From assembly GCA_903827345.1 (NCBI GenBank), contig CAIKID010000048.1:1-49547 (forward strand): a stretch of DNA of 49,547 nt. The letters are read 5' to 3'. Of the stretch, positions 20,197 to 31,100 are shown piece by piece. Numbering within the stretch: the first letter of the stretch is position 1; each line of letters opens with the position of its first letter. The notes beneath the pieces were generated by a model. It was given only the letters and a program-made list of their open reading frames with translations. It did not search any database and was not told the origin of the DNA. The stretch is from an uncultured Actinomycetes bacterium (GTDB lineage: Bacteria > Actinomycetota > Actinomycetes > Nanopelagicales > Nanopelagicaceae). A program made the position numbers and the translations under genes.

Positions 20197-20216
20197 ATCC
20201 GAACGGTACCAGCAGG

Positions 20217-20990
20217 CTATCTGCCGAGGAGGTTTGTAATTGCGAGGGATGGGTCACTGGCGCGAACCAGGGTCTCACCAACCAATATCGCCTTCGCGCC
20301 TGCCGACTCGGCCGCGACCACTTGTTGGCGGGTTGAAATCCCAGATTCTGCGACCCGAATTCGATCACTTGGAATAAGTGGCAAGAGCCGCGCGAATGCA
20401 TCTTCGTGAATCTCTAAGGTCTTCAGGTTTCGGGCATTAACACCAATAATCTTGGCGTTCATTGCTAGCGCTCGATCTAGTTCTAACTCATCATGAATCT
20501 CAACGAGAACATTTAGCCCCAATTCGTGGGCAAGCGCTTGGTAATCACGGAGCTGGCTATCGTCAAGCGCAGCCACAATCAGAAGCATGAGATCGCCACC
20601 CAGCGCACGAGTTTCCATCACTTGATATTCCGTGACGATGAAATCTTTACGGAGTACTGGAATGGAGACTGCGCTTCGTACCGCCACTAGATCGGCGCTG
20701 CTTCCACCAAATCTTCGCCCCTCGGTAAGAACGCTGATTACGGCAGCGCCAGCAGATTCATAGCTCTTTGCGAGATCAGCAGGATCTCCGATTGTGGCCA
20801 GCGCACCTTTGCTCGGCGAGGATCGCTTCACCTCTGCGATCATCTGCATTCCAGGTTTGGCAAGTGCGTCATAAGCGTTGCGAACTGCTGGAGCGGTCGC
20901 CAATTGTTCGCGTAGTTGATTCAGCGGAATCTCGCGTGCCTGCAAATCTTCTAGAACTCCGGAGACAATCGAATCCAAAACGGTACTCAT
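20217..20990 (-). CDS. trpC: Indole-3-glycerol-phosphate synthase
   Basis: [35 protein letters not shown]. 257 aa. Confidence 0.93.
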   Translation of the reverse strand: MSTVLDSIVSGVLEDLQAREIPLNQLREQLATAPAVRNAYDALAKPGMQMIAEVKRSSPSKGALATIGDPADLAKSYESAGAAVISVLTEGRRFGGSSADLVAVRSAVSIPVLRKDFIVTEYQVMETRALGGDLMLLIVAALDDSQLRDYQALAHELGLNVLVEIHDELELDRALAMNAKIIGVNARNLKTLEIHEDAFARLLPLIPSDRIRVAESGISTRQQVVAAESAGAKAILVGETLVRASDPSLAITNLLGR

Positions 20991-21142
20991 ACGGATGGAT
21001 CCTCCCCCTCGTTGAGAGAGTTCCAGGGCGTCGTCGCGCGTGGCTCATAGCGCTTGGAAATTCCGCGACGAGCAAGTCTGATAGAAAGGTAGATCAAGAG
21101 AAAGAGTAACCCCGCGACAATCGCTAACTTAACAATGAGCAT
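20987..21142 (-). CDS. 51-codon single-TM mini-protein, translationally coupled between trpE and trpC
   Basis: Below the track's size cut-off. My translation: [51 protein letters not shown]. The ATG follows the trpE TAG with no gap. Its TGA overlaps the trpC ATG (ATGA). Confidence 0.5.
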   Translation of the reverse strand: MLIVKLAIVAGLLFLLIYLSIRLARRGISKRYEPRATTPWNSLNEGEDPSV

Positions 21143-22642
21143 CTAAAGCGAACGCATCTCGTTGGCCGCTGCGATTGCACCTAGAACAGCAGCCGCCTTA
21201 TTTTCACATTCTTGATCTTCGGTGAGTGGAACGGAGTCGGCAACAATTCCAGCCCCGGCTTGCACATAAGCCTTGCCGTCTTTGATGACCGCCGTGCGAA
21301 TGGCGATGCAGGTATCAATATTTCCTCGGAAATCGAGATAGCCGATGGTTCCGGCATAGATGCCACGACGAGTGGGTTCGTTCGCTTCAATAAGTTCCAT
21401 CGCCCGCGGTTTAGGAGCGCCAGAGAGAGTGCCCGCAGGAAAGACTGCAAGTAGGGCCTCCACCGCGCTGGACTCTCGGGACAATTGGCCGGTGACAGTC
21501 GAAACAATATGCATGACATGAGAGAAACGTTCGACCTGCATAAATTCCACAACCTCAACGCTGCCAGGCTGACAAACTCTTCCCAGGTCATTGCGACCGA
21601 GATCTACCAGCATAAGATGCTCAGCACGCTCTTTGGGATCTGCCAAGAGCTCTTCGCCGTAACGCAGGTCAATTTCCGGATCGGCCGAACGCGGCCGGGT
21701 GCCAGCGATCGGATGGATCATGACATCGCTTCCATGAATTTTTACCAATGCCTCTGGACTAGAGCCCACGACCGATAATCCATCAGTAAAGCGAAAGAGG
21801 TACATATAAGGGCTGGGATTTGATGCGCGGAGCGCGCGATAAATCTCAAAGGCATCGGCCGTCGCATCCATGACGAATCGTTGAGAGAGAACTACTTGAA
21901 AAGCCTCACCCGCCCGGATCTCTTCCTTAAGCGTTTCAACCTTCGCTTGGTAATCCATAGAGCTCATATCACGGTGATACGTGGGCTTCTTCGCGATCAG
22001 CGGATGATTCACTCCCCCGTCGTGCGGGGCTTTCAATTGCAACTCCAAAGCATCCAGGCGAGCGATTGCATCAAAGTAAGCATCGTCCATGCGTTCAGTA
22101 CTGCCATCCCAATTGATGGCGTTAGCGATCAAGGTCAGAGTTCCATCAAAGTGATCAAAGACCGCCAGGTCGGAGGTCAACATAAAGGCTATCTCTGGAA
22201 TATGTAGGTCATCGTGCGCCAGCTCTGGCAACCGCTCGAGACGACGCACAATTTCATAACTGGCATAGCCGACCAACCCACCGGTCAAAGGAGGGAGGTG
22301 CGGAATATGAGGTGTGCGCAGATGTTTCGCGGTAATTTTAAGCGCTTCGAGTGGATCAATATCCGTTGGTGCTCCAGCAGGAGCGCTGCCAATCCACGTC
22401 GCCTTCCCATCCTTCTCGGTTAATGTCGCTGCACTCTTGATACCGATGAAGGAGTAGCGGGACCAAACTCCACCGTGCTCGGCCGATTCCAGAAGAAAAG
22501 TGCCGACGCGATCTTCTGCCAACTTCTTATACAGCGAAAGTGGCGTCTGACTATCGGCTAAATAGCGACGCGAAACTGGAATGACATTGAACTCGGCGGC
22601 ATAGGCGCGAAACTCTTCTAGAGTCATTTCACGCAGGGTCAT
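21143..22642 (-). CDS. trpE: Anthranilate synthase component I
   Basis: LLESAEHGG..., FPAGTLSGAPKPRAMELI, GIYAGTIGY. I moved the start from the track's 22672 to ATG 22642 (MTLREMTLEEF), which overlaps the hisI stop as ATGA. Confidence 0.93.
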   Translation of the reverse strand: MTLREMTLEEFRAYAAEFNVIPVSRRYLADSQTPLSLYKKLAEDRVGTFLLESAEHGGVWSRYSFIGIKSAATLTEKDGKATWIGSAPAGAPTDIDPLEALKITAKHLRTPHIPHLPPLTGGLVGYASYEIVRRLERLPELAHDDLHIPEIAFMLTSDLAVFDHFDGTLTLIANAINWDGSTERMDDAYFDAIARLDALELQLKAPHDGGVNHPLIAKKPTYHRDMSSMDYQAKVETLKEEIRAGEAFQVVLSQRFVMDATADAFEIYRALRASNPSPYMYLFRFTDGLSVVGSSPEALVKIHGSDVMIHPIAGTRPRSADPEIDLRYGEELLADPKERAEHLMLVDLGRNDLGRVCQPGSVEVVEFMQVERFSHVMHIVSTVTGQLSRESSAVEALLAVFPAGTLSGAPKPRAMELIEANEPTRRGIYAGTIGYLDFRGNIDTCIAIRTAVIKDGKAYVQAGAGIVADSVPLTEDQECENKAAAVLGAIAAANEMRSL

Positions 22643-22974
22643 TCTGTAACTTCGATCTCGCGGAAAAAACAACTGCGCTCACCCGTATGGCAGGCGGCAC
22701 CGGTTTGTTCGACTTGAAGCAACAACGCATCTCCATCGCAATCATAACTAGCGCTGATTAATTTTTGAGTGTGGCCCGAGCCCTCACCTTTGGTCCAGAG
22801 TTGGTTTCGACTACGACTCCAATAGGTGACATTTCCCGTGGCAAGTGTTTGCTGGAGCGCATCCTCATTCATCCACGCCATCATTAACACTTCACCATTT
22901 GTGACATCTTGGGCAATCGCTGCAACCAAGGTCCCTTCGGAGAACCGTGCTGCGACTTCAACTGGGATATCCAC
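22639..22974 (-). CDS. hisI: Phosphoribosyl-AMP cyclohydrolase
   Basis: 111 aa: VAAIAQD...GEVLMMAWMNEDAL..TL..G..TYWSRSR..LW.KGE.SGH.Q......DCDGDALLL.VEQTGAACHTGERSCF. GTG start. Confidence 0.92.
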   Translation of the reverse strand: MDIPVEVAARFSEGTLVAAIAQDVTNGEVLMMAWMNEDALQQTLATGNVTYWSRSRNQLWTKGEGSGHTQKLISASYDCDGDALLLQVEQTGAACHTGERSCFFREIEVTE

Positions 22975-22995
22975 GTGCCTATTCTGCCTTAACCC

Positions 22996-23760
22996 CTACT
23001 CAAGGCGTACCGAATATCCATGACGAGCGAGATCCGCCTTAACCTCACCTATCGTAAAGGTCTGAAAATGAAAGACGCTCGCCGCCAGCAGGGCATCTGC
23101 GCCAGCTGCCAAGGCCGCAGAAAAATCTGCTAATTTGCCTGCTCCGCCACTCGCGATCAATGGCACATGAGTTATCTCGCGCACCTGGCGGATCATCTCG
23201 GTGTCGTAACCAGCCCGCGTGCCATCGGCGTCCATAGAGTTGAGCAGAATTTCGCCAATACCTCGGGCGCTTGCCTCTTCAATCCAGGTGAAGGCATCGA
23301 TTCCAGTACCAGTGCGTCCACCATGGGTTGTTACTTCAAATCCCGACACGGTTGATCCGCGGCGAGCATCTACAGATAGCACCAAGACCTGATTTCCGAA
23401 TCTATCTGCGATCTCATTGATCAATTCGGGGCGGGCAATTGCTGCGGTATTGACTCCGACTTTATCGGCGCCGGCGCGCAATAGGCGATCGACATCTGCA
23501 ACTTCGCGAATCCCGCCACCTACAGTCAATGGAATGAAGACTTGTTCGGCGGTCCGCGAAACCATCTCTAGCGTTGTTGAACGATCCTCGACGGATGCAG
23601 AAATATCTAAGAAGGTGAGTTCATCGGCTCCAGCATCGCCATAAATCTTCGCTAACTCAACGGGATCGCCGGCATCAACGAGATTTTGGAAATTGACGCC
23701 CTTGACCACGCGCCCGCCCGCGACGTCAAGACAGGGAATCACGCGCTTCGATAGCGTCAT
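22996..23760 (-). CDS. hisF: Imidazole glycerol phosphate synthase, cyclase subunit
   Basis: [37 protein letters not shown]. Confidence 0.95.
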   Translation of the reverse strand: MTLSKRVIPCLDVAGGRVVKGVNFQNLVDAGDPVELAKIYGDAGADELTFLDISASVEDRSTTLEMVSRTAEQVFIPLTVGGGIREVADVDRLLRAGADKVGVNTAAIARPELINEIADRFGNQVLVLSVDARRGSTVSGFEVTTHGGRTGTGIDAFTWIEEASARGIGEILLNSMDADGTRAGYDTEMIRQVREITHVPLIASGGAGKLADFSAALAAGADALLAASVFHFQTFTIGEVKADLARHGYSVRLE

Positions 23761-24485
23761 TGACTGGCGACCTCTAGCGCCTGCGGCAAGGAGAACGCAC
23801 CAGCGTAAAGAGCTTTACCCACAATCGCTCCTTCAACACCGATCGTAGTAAGTGCACGTATTGCAATGAGATCTTCCAAACTTGAAACTCCTCCGCTGGC
23901 GACAATGGGTTTCTTGGTCGCGGCGCAGACTTCGCGGAGCAGTTCGAGATTTGGACCCTGGAGCGTTCCATCCTTGGCGACATCGGTCACGATGTACCTA
24001 GAGCAACCATCACGCTCTAAGCGTTCGAGTGTTTCAAAGAGATCTCCACCTTCCTGCGTCCAACCGCGAGCGGCGAGGGTATGGCCGCGCACATCAAGAC
24101 CAACGGCTATGCGATCCCCAAATTCCGCAATAACTTTTGCGGTCCAATCGGGATTTTCCAGGGCTGCGGTTCCGAGGTTGACGCGAGTACATCCAGTCGC
24201 CAGCGCCCGGCGCAGGGATTCGTCATCCCTAATGCCACCTGAGAGTTCAACCTTGAGATCAACGCTCTTAATAACGCTCTCCAGTAGAGCGGCATTACTT
24301 CCAGTTCCAAATGCTGCATCTAAATCAACGAGATGTATCCACTCTGCTCCCGCTGCCACAAATTCTGCTGCAACTTCTAAAGGTGCTCCGTACTTGCTCG
24401 TCGCAGATAATTCACCCTGTACCAATCGCACGGCTAGGCCATCTTTTACATCAATGGCAGGCAGCAATTCCAATTTTTTGATCAT
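23757..24485 (-). CDS. priA: ProFAR isomerase, actinobacterial PriA type (HisA/TrpF)
   Basis: [21 protein letters not shown]..., [18 protein letters not shown] moved the start to ATG 24485 (MIKKLELLP), which overlaps the hisH stop as ATGA. No separate trpF is present in the adjacent trp genes. Confidence 0.88.
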   Translation of the reverse strand: MIKKLELLPAIDVKDGLAVRLVQGELSATSKYGAPLEVAAEFVAAGAEWIHLVDLDAAFGTGSNAALLESVIKSVDLKVELSGGIRDDESLRRALATGCTRVNLGTAALENPDWTAKVIAEFGDRIAVGLDVRGHTLAARGWTQEGGDLFETLERLERDGCSRYIVTDVAKDGTLQGPNLELLREVCAATKKPIVASGGVSSLEDLIAIRALTTIGVEGAIVGKALYAGAFSLPQALEVASQ

Positions 24486-25078
24486 AAGGTCTCCGCCCAA
24501 TTAGATATGAGTCGCGCTCCGACAGCGCCACTCTTCTCGGGATGAAATTGCACTGCGCTCACGGGACCGCGCTCCACTGCAGCGAGGAATTCTTCGCCAT
24601 AGGTAGACCAACTATTGCTTGCATCTGCAACAGCGCTCTTCGCAGCAAAGGAGTGGACGAAGTAAAAGGATTCATCCTGCAACCCCTGGAGCAGAATTGA
24701 GGAAATTTCCGAGTGCACATTGTTCCACCCGATGTGGGGCAAGATCGGGGCATCAATCTGACTGACCTCGCCGGCGAAAATTCCGAGACCATCGTGGCCG
24801 TCTTTTTCGGTACCGTTAGTAAAAAGAATCTGCATACCAACACAGATTCCAATCATCGGTTTTTGTGCAGCCACTCTAGCGTCAATAATCGCACGACCAC
24901 CTGCGGCAATTAATTGCTCCATGCATGCACCGTAAGCACCAACTCCGGGGACAACTAAACCTTCACTGGCGAGACAAATATTTGGATCAGAGGTAACGAT
25001 CGTCTCGTGGCCCGTCAGTGCGAATGCACGCTGCGCAGATCTGAGATTTCCAGAACCATAATCCAGAATTGCGATCAA
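24482..25078 (-). CDS. hisH: Imidazole glycerol phosphate synthase, glutaminase subunit
   Basis: [22 protein letters not shown], nucleophile motif [22 protein letters not shown]. Confidence 0.95.
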   Translation of the reverse strand: MIAILDYGSGNLRSAQRAFALTGHETIVTSDPNICLASEGLVVPGVGAYGACMEQLIAAGGRAIIDARVAAQKPMIGICVGMQILFTNGTEKDGHDGLGIFAGEVSQIDAPILPHIGWNNVHSEISSILLQGLQDESFYFVHSFAAKSAVADASNSWSTYGEEFLAAVERGPVSAVQFHPEKSGAVGARLISNWAETL

Positions 25079-25668
25079 AGAGTGCCCTTTGTGGATGGAA
25101 TGCCAGTTGTGCGACCATCGATAGCGACGGCATCGCGCAGCGCGCGAGCAACGGCCTTGAATTGCGCTTCAAAGACGTGATGAGCATTTCGGCCTTCAAG
25201 TACTCGGATATGCAAGGCGATGCGCGCTTCAGCGACAATGGACTCCCAGATGTGACGCCCTAGAGTCGTGTCAAACGTACCAATCAACTCCACGATCTCT
25301 GGTTGACGGTGCACCAGATACGGACGGCCAGAAAGATCTACTGCAGCCTGCACAAGAACTTCATCAAGCGGAACCATTGCATCACCGAAGCGACGGATTC
25401 CTGCTTTATCTCCTAGCGCCTCGCGCAACGCTTGACCGAAGGCGAGAGAAGTATCTTCCACGGTGTGATGCGAATCGACATCGACATCACCAGTTGTCTT
25501 CACAGTGAGATCAAAACCAGCATGCTTACCAAGCTGCGAAAGCATATGTTCGAAGAAGGGAACTCCGGTCTGGATATCGATGAGCCCAGAACCATCAAGA
25601 TTTAGTTGCACAAAGACATCAGACTCTTTGGTCTGGCGTTTAACTGTCGCAATGCGAGGTGCGGTCAT
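25075..25668 (-). CDS. hisB: Imidazoleglycerol-phosphate dehydratase
   Basis: R.A.V.R.TKES.V.V.L.LDG; DSHHTVEDT..A.G.AL; NAHH..EA.FKA.ARAL. Confidence 0.95.
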   Translation of the reverse strand: MTAPRIATVKRQTKESDVFVQLNLDGSGLIDIQTGVPFFEHMLSQLGKHAGFDLTVKTTGDVDVDSHHTVEDTSLAFGQALREALGDKAGIRRFGDAMVPLDEVLVQAAVDLSGRPYLVHRQPEIVELIGTFDTTLGRHIWESIVAEARIALHIRVLEGRNAHHVFEAQFKAVARALRDAVAIDGRTTGIPSTKGTL

Positions 25669-25695
25669 GAGAGTCTTCCTTCGGTAGAGGGGGAA

Positions 25696-26799
25696 TTATT
25701 CCGCAATTTCGCGGAGCGCCGCGATGAATTGCGCATTTTCTGCAGGAGTACCTATCGTCACGCGCAAGAACCCGCGCAGACCGATATCTCGAATCAATAT
25801 TCCGCGGTCAAGAAAATCTTGCCATAAGACGCTCGCCTCTCCGCTAAATCCAGTGAAGAGGAGGAAGTTGGCAGAACTTGGCACTACCCGATAACCGACA
25901 TCAATGATGGCGCTGGCTGCACGCTCTCGCTCGGCAATCAATAGTTCGATCTCTGATTGCATCACAGGAGCAAATTCCAGCGCCGTCTCGGCGGCCACCT
26001 GGGTGAGAGAGCTGAGGTGATACGGAAGGCGAGTAATCAGCGCAGCGTGAACAACGGCGGGTTTCGCAATGAGATATCCGGTGCGCGCGCCAGCAAAGGC
26101 GAAGGCCTTACTCATTGTCCGTACGACAACCACATGGGGAAAATCCGCTAAGAGCGTTACCGCGGACGGTTCCTCGGAAAATTCAGCATAGGCCTCATCG
26201 ACGATGAATAATCCGCCGACCGACCCGGTCGCTTCCGCAAGTTCCTTAAGGTCTGCTATCGAAGTTGCAGTTCCCGATGGGTTATTGGGAGTCGCAACGA
26301 AGACCAGGTGGGGAGATTTCTCGCGAATCAGTTTCTTTGCCTTAGCAATATCTATTCCAAAATCTTCATCGCGGCTTCCGGCAAACCAAGGTGTCTTCGT
26401 AATTTGCGCGATCAGTGGATGAACGGAGTAGGACGGAATGAATCCCATTGAGAGATGATCCGCTCCCCCGCAAGAGAGAAAGAGTGTCTGCAAAATTTCA
26501 TTCGAACCATTTGCGGCCCAAATATTCTCTTCGCTCAGTTCCACGCCAGTGCTTTGAGTGATGTAATGAGCCAATTTTTGGCGAAGCCCGTGGGCATCGC
26601 GATCTGGATATCGATTGAGGTTTGCAATTACCTCAGCGAGTCTCGTGGACATAGCCTCCACTACTTCAGTGGGAAGGGGGAAAGGGTTCTCGTTGGTGTT
26701 AAGCGCGACGACGCCTTCTATCTGTGGCGCTCCGTATGGTGAGATATTACGTAGGTCGCTGCGTAGCGGCAACCAGTAAGGCCATTGTGATTGAACCAT
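25696..26799 (-). CDS. hisC: Histidinol-phosphate aminotransferase
   Basis: LNTNENPFP, YPD, PNNPSG, DEAYAEF, PLP-lysine context RTMSKAFAFAG. Confidence 0.93.
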   Translation of the reverse strand: MVQSQWPYWLPLRSDLRNISPYGAPQIEGVVALNTNENPFPLPTEVVEAMSTRLAEVIANLNRYPDRDAHGLRQKLAHYITQSTGVELSEENIWAANGSNEILQTLFLSCGGADHLSMGFIPSYSVHPLIAQITKTPWFAGSRDEDFGIDIAKAKKLIREKSPHLVFVATPNNPSGTATSIADLKELAEATGSVGGLFIVDEAYAEFSEEPSAVTLLADFPHVVVVRTMSKAFAFAGARTGYLIAKPAVVHAALITRLPYHLSSLTQVAAETALEFAPVMQSEIELLIAERERAASAIIDVGYRVVPSSANFLLFTGFSGEASVLWQDFLDRGILIRDIGLRGFLRVTIGTPAENAQFIAALREIAE

Positions 26800-28130
26800 T
26801 AGTTCTTCTCCTCAAAGCGTGCGCTCATCGCTTCGCCGTGAGCCGGCAAATCTTCTGCATTGGCGAGTGTAATTACCGTAGCGGCAATATCCATAAACGA
26901 GCTCTCGTCATACTCGATAAAGTTAACGCCTTTAAGAAATGTTTGAACGGATAATCCACTCGAGTGGCAGGCACAACCACCTGTAGGGAGGACATGGTTA
27001 GATCCCGCGGAGTAATCCCCTAGAGAAACCGGCGCAAATCTGCCGAGAAAAACCGCTCCTGCATTACGGATTTCGGAAGCAACAGCCTCCGTCTCCTTGA
27101 CGTGAAGCTCAAGGTGCTCTGCGGCGTAGCCATTCATAACATCAATGCCCTGCTTCATCGAGTCGACGAGCACGATCGCGGATTGCACTCCCGTAAGAGC
27201 AGCTCGAATCCGATCGGAGTGGCGCGTACGGGTGACTCGGATTGCCAGTTCACTTCTTACCTCATCAGCCAGAGTGGTCGATGATGTGACAAGAACCGCG
27301 GCAGCGTTGACATCGTGTTCGGCCTGACTAATTAAATCTGCTGCTACCTCACCTGCGATTGCGCTCTCATCGGCCAAGATTCCTATTTCAGTTGGACCCG
27401 CTTCAGAGTCGATCGCGATCAGTCCGCGCAGCGCACGTTTCGCAGCTGCTACATAAACATTTCCAGGACCGGTCACGAGATCAACTGGTTCGCAGAGTCC
27501 TTCAACTCCGTAGGCGAACATTGCAATTGCTTGCGCTCCTCCGACGGCATAAACCTCATAGATACCCAGGAGGGCGCAGGCGGCGAGAATGGTGGGATGC
27601 GGAAGTCCGTCGAACTCGCGCTGCGGCGGAGATGCCACTGCAATACTTGGAACCCGTGCTATTTGGGCCGGGATGACATTCATTAAGACAGAGCTGGGGT
27701 ACACGGCATTTCCGCCAGGTACATAAAGCCCAACGCGATCCACGGGTATCCATTTTTGAGTAACACTAGCGCCGGCGACCACTTCGGTTCGTTCAGATTT
27801 TCGTGATTGAGATTCATGAACCGCGCGGATGCGTCCGATAGAGATCTCCAGCGCACTCTTTACCGCTGGATCTAAATCTGCCAAGGCTTGATCAATTGCG
27901 CTTTGTGGTACTCGCACATAGAAAGGAGAAATGCCGTCAAACTCCAACGATAATTCTTTGAGAGTCGTCTCATCTCCATTCTTCACACGCTGCAAGATCG
28001 GTTCAACCGCTGCCATTGCATGTGCAACATCGAGCTTCGCACGGGGTATTGCCATCTTGTACTGCGCTTTAGAGAGCGTCTTCCCGCGCAGGTCGATCAG
28101 TGGGATAGCGAAATCAGAAGTCACTCCCAT
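26799..28130 (-). CDS. hisD: Histidinol dehydrogenase
   Basis: 443 aa: GLYVPGG.AVYPSSVLM, GPGNVYVAAAKR, SQAEHD, GDY.AGSNHVLPT. 1-nt overlap (TAATG) with hisC. An alternative GTG start lies at 28124 (see findings). Confidence 0.93.
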   Translation of the reverse strand: MGVTSDFAIPLIDLRGKTLSKAQYKMAIPRAKLDVAHAMAAVEPILQRVKNGDETTLKELSLEFDGISPFYVRVPQSAIDQALADLDPAVKSALEISIGRIRAVHESQSRKSERTEVVAGASVTQKWIPVDRVGLYVPGGNAVYPSSVLMNVIPAQIARVPSIAVASPPQREFDGLPHPTILAACALLGIYEVYAVGGAQAIAMFAYGVEGLCEPVDLVTGPGNVYVAAAKRALRGLIAIDSEAGPTEIGILADESAIAGEVAADLISQAEHDVNAAAVLVTSSTTLADEVRSELAIRVTRTRHSDRIRAALTGVQSAIVLVDSMKQGIDVMNGYAAEHLELHVKETEAVASEIRNAGAVFLGRFAPVSLGDYSAGSNHVLPTGGCACHSSGLSVQTFLKGVNFIEYDESSFMDIAATVITLANAEDLPAHGEAMSARFEEKN

Positions 28131-28185
28131 ATTCTAAAGCGTGGCGAGCGAGCCTGTGACCTAATATCGCTGCGCCAAACCTTGG

Positions 28186-31100
28186 TCAGGAGACTAAACA
28201 GTCCGGCCCCAGCACTGATTTCAGATCCGCGCTCAAACTTGGTGAAGCCGTGACGCGCAAATCATCATCAATCTTCATGACTAATCCTTTGCTGCCATCA
28301 TCGAGCTTGAGGTGGACTTCACGCGGGCCGGGATGAGAGCGCAGTATCTCCTTCATGCGATCCACCAGGGGCGCTGTCACTCGAGTGGCGTCGATGGTAA
28401 TTACGAGCGGGCCCGTAGGAGCGCCGGTGACATCGGGAATTGTCATATCGAGCGCTGTGATTCGAGCAGCTTCTTCACGTTTATCGATTCTTCCGCGAAC
28501 AACGATGACGCGGTCTTCCATTAAATTCATGGCGTGGGTCTGATACGTGGCGGCAAAGAAGAGGACATCGACCGCGCCTTCTAGGTCCTCGATGGAGACG
28601 ATTGCCCAGGAATTGCCTTGCTTGGAAACTTTGCGCTGAACTTGCGTGATGAGACCGCCAATGGTGACGATCTGCTCATGCCCGACAGAATCTTCAGCGA
28701 TCTGCGATAACGGCATATCGACCGCTGCGCGCAGAACGTGCTCGATTCCAAGGAGCGGGTGATCTGATACATAGAGCCCAAGCATTTCGCGCTCGTAGGT
28801 GAGTAGAAGATTCTTATCCCACTCATCTTTTGGAATATCTAATTCAACATCACTGACGCTAGTCGATGCCCCGCTGTCAGTACTTCCAAAGAGATCAAAT
28901 TGGCCGATCGCTTCTGCTCGCTTTGCCTCGCTTACTGAATCGATCGCCTCCAGATAGACCATCATGAGTCCACGCCGTGTTGCATCGAGCGAATCGAATG
29001 CGCCAGCTTTGATGAGAGATTCTATGGTCTTCTTGTTGCAGACCTGCTGATCCACCTTCGCCAGGAAGTCGCCGAAGGAAAGGTAACGACCCTTGCTCGC
29101 GCGGTTGGAGACAATTGATCCCACAACGTTCTCTCCTACATTGCGAATTGCAGTCAAACCAAAACGGATATCTGCGCCGAGTGGGGTGTAATCCGATGCT
29201 GACTCATTGACATCAGGCGGCAAGACTTTAATTCCCATGCGGCGGCATTCGTTGAGGTAGAGAGCGCTCTTATCCTTGTCATCTCGCACGCTGGTTAAGA
29301 GGGCGGCCATATATTCAGTGGGGAAATTCGCCTTCAAATAGCCGGTCCAGTATGAGACGAGACCGTACCCAGCAGAGTGGGCTCTATTAAACGCATAATC
29401 CGAGAATGGAATCAAGGTATCCCATAATTTTTTAATAGCGTTTTTACCGAAGCCCCCAGCCACCATTCCTGCTTCGAAATTTACATACTCTTTATCAAGG
29501 ATCTCTTTGTTCTTCTTGCCCATGGCTTTACGCAATAAGTCTGCGCGTCCCAGTGAGAAGCCAGCAACCTTCTGCGCAATTGCCATTACTTGCTCTTGGT
29601 AAACGATCAAACCATAGGTATCGCCCAAAATTTCGGCGAGTGGTTCGGACAACTCTTCGTGAATCGGCTCAACGGGCTTCCGACGATTTTTACGATCGGC
29701 ATAATCGGTATGTGCATTTACACCCATCGGTCCTGGCCGATAAAGCGCGATCACAGCAGAGATATCTTCAAAGGAATCCGGAGCCATCTGGCGAAGCAGC
29801 GCTCGCATCGGACCACCATCAAGCTGGAAGACTCCGAGAGTCTCACCCTTGCCTAAAAGTTCGAAGGTCTTGGGATCATCCAAGGTAAGAAGCGAGAGAT
29901 CTACATCAGCTCCCTTATTTCTTTTTATATTAATGAGACAGTCATCGAGAACTGAAAGGTTGCGCAGGCCCAGGAAATCCATCTTGAGCAATCCCGTTGC
30001 TTCACAAGCGCCCATATCGAATTGGGTAATGATGGCGCCATCGGCCTCACGGCGATGAATTGGAATTACATCAAGGAGTGGTTCCTTACTGAGAATGACA
30101 CCCGCAGCATGTACTCCCCACTGCCGCTTAAGTCCCTCTAATCCGCGCGCAGTATCAACAATTCTTTTAGCGTCGCCATCTGTTTCATAAACCGTACGAA
30201 ACTCTCCCGCCTCGCCATATCGATCATTCTTCGGGTCAAAAATTCCAGAGAGCGTAATGTCCTTGCCCATGATGGTGGGTGGGAGGGCTTTGGTAATTTT
30301 GTCGCCGATGGCATAGGGATAACCCAGGACTCGTGTTGCATCTTTAAGGGCCTGCTTTGACTTGATATTGCTGTATGTAATGATCTGGGCAACTCGATCT
30401 TCACCATACTTATTAGTTGCGTAAGCAATCATCTCGGAGCGGCGGCGCTCATCGAAGTCCAGATCAATATCTGGCATGGAAATACGCTCTGGGTTGAGGA
30501 AGCGCTCGAAGAGCAGACCGTGCTTGATCGGATCGAGGGCGGTGATTCCAAGCGCGTAAGAGACCAGTGAACCAGCAGCCGATCCACGTCCCGGCCCAAC
30601 ACGAATGCCGACCTCGCGGGCATGAGCACAGAGATCTGAAACCACGAGGAAATACCCTGGGAAGCCCATTTTGATCATGACGCTCAACTCGTAGTCCAGA
30701 CGCTCTTGATAAGCAGCCGTCACTTCGCTATTCATGCGATCTGCGAGACCAAGATTTGCAAGTTTTGTGAGCCAAGAATCTTCACTCTCGCCAGCAGGAA
30801 CTTCGAATTGGGGAAGTAAATTTTCGCCTTCGCGCAAAGTCACATCGCAGCGCTCTGCAATCAACAAAGTGTTGTCACAACTCTCTGGGAAATCTCGGAA
30901 AAGTTCGCGCATTTCAGCAGCGCTCTTCAAATAAAACTGATCGTTCTCAAATTTAAAGCGCTTGGGATCTGCCATGGTGGATCCTGATTGCACGCAGAGG
31001 AGCGCTTCATGCGCAATCGAATCTTCATTCTTTGTATAGTGCAGATCATTGGTAGCCAGGAGCGGAAGTCCCAACTCCTTGCCGAGCTTGAGAAGATCCG

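Noticed and set aside
3534-24500. The longest-ORF starts given by the track for livM (4730), livH (5650), gltB (15362), trpE (22672) and hisA (24500).
   Set aside because: Each extension overlaps the upstream gene or lacks a ribosome-binding site, and adds non-conserved-looking residues. Internal starts at 4625, 5587, 15323, 22642 and 24485 give ATGA-type coupling or good SD spacing.
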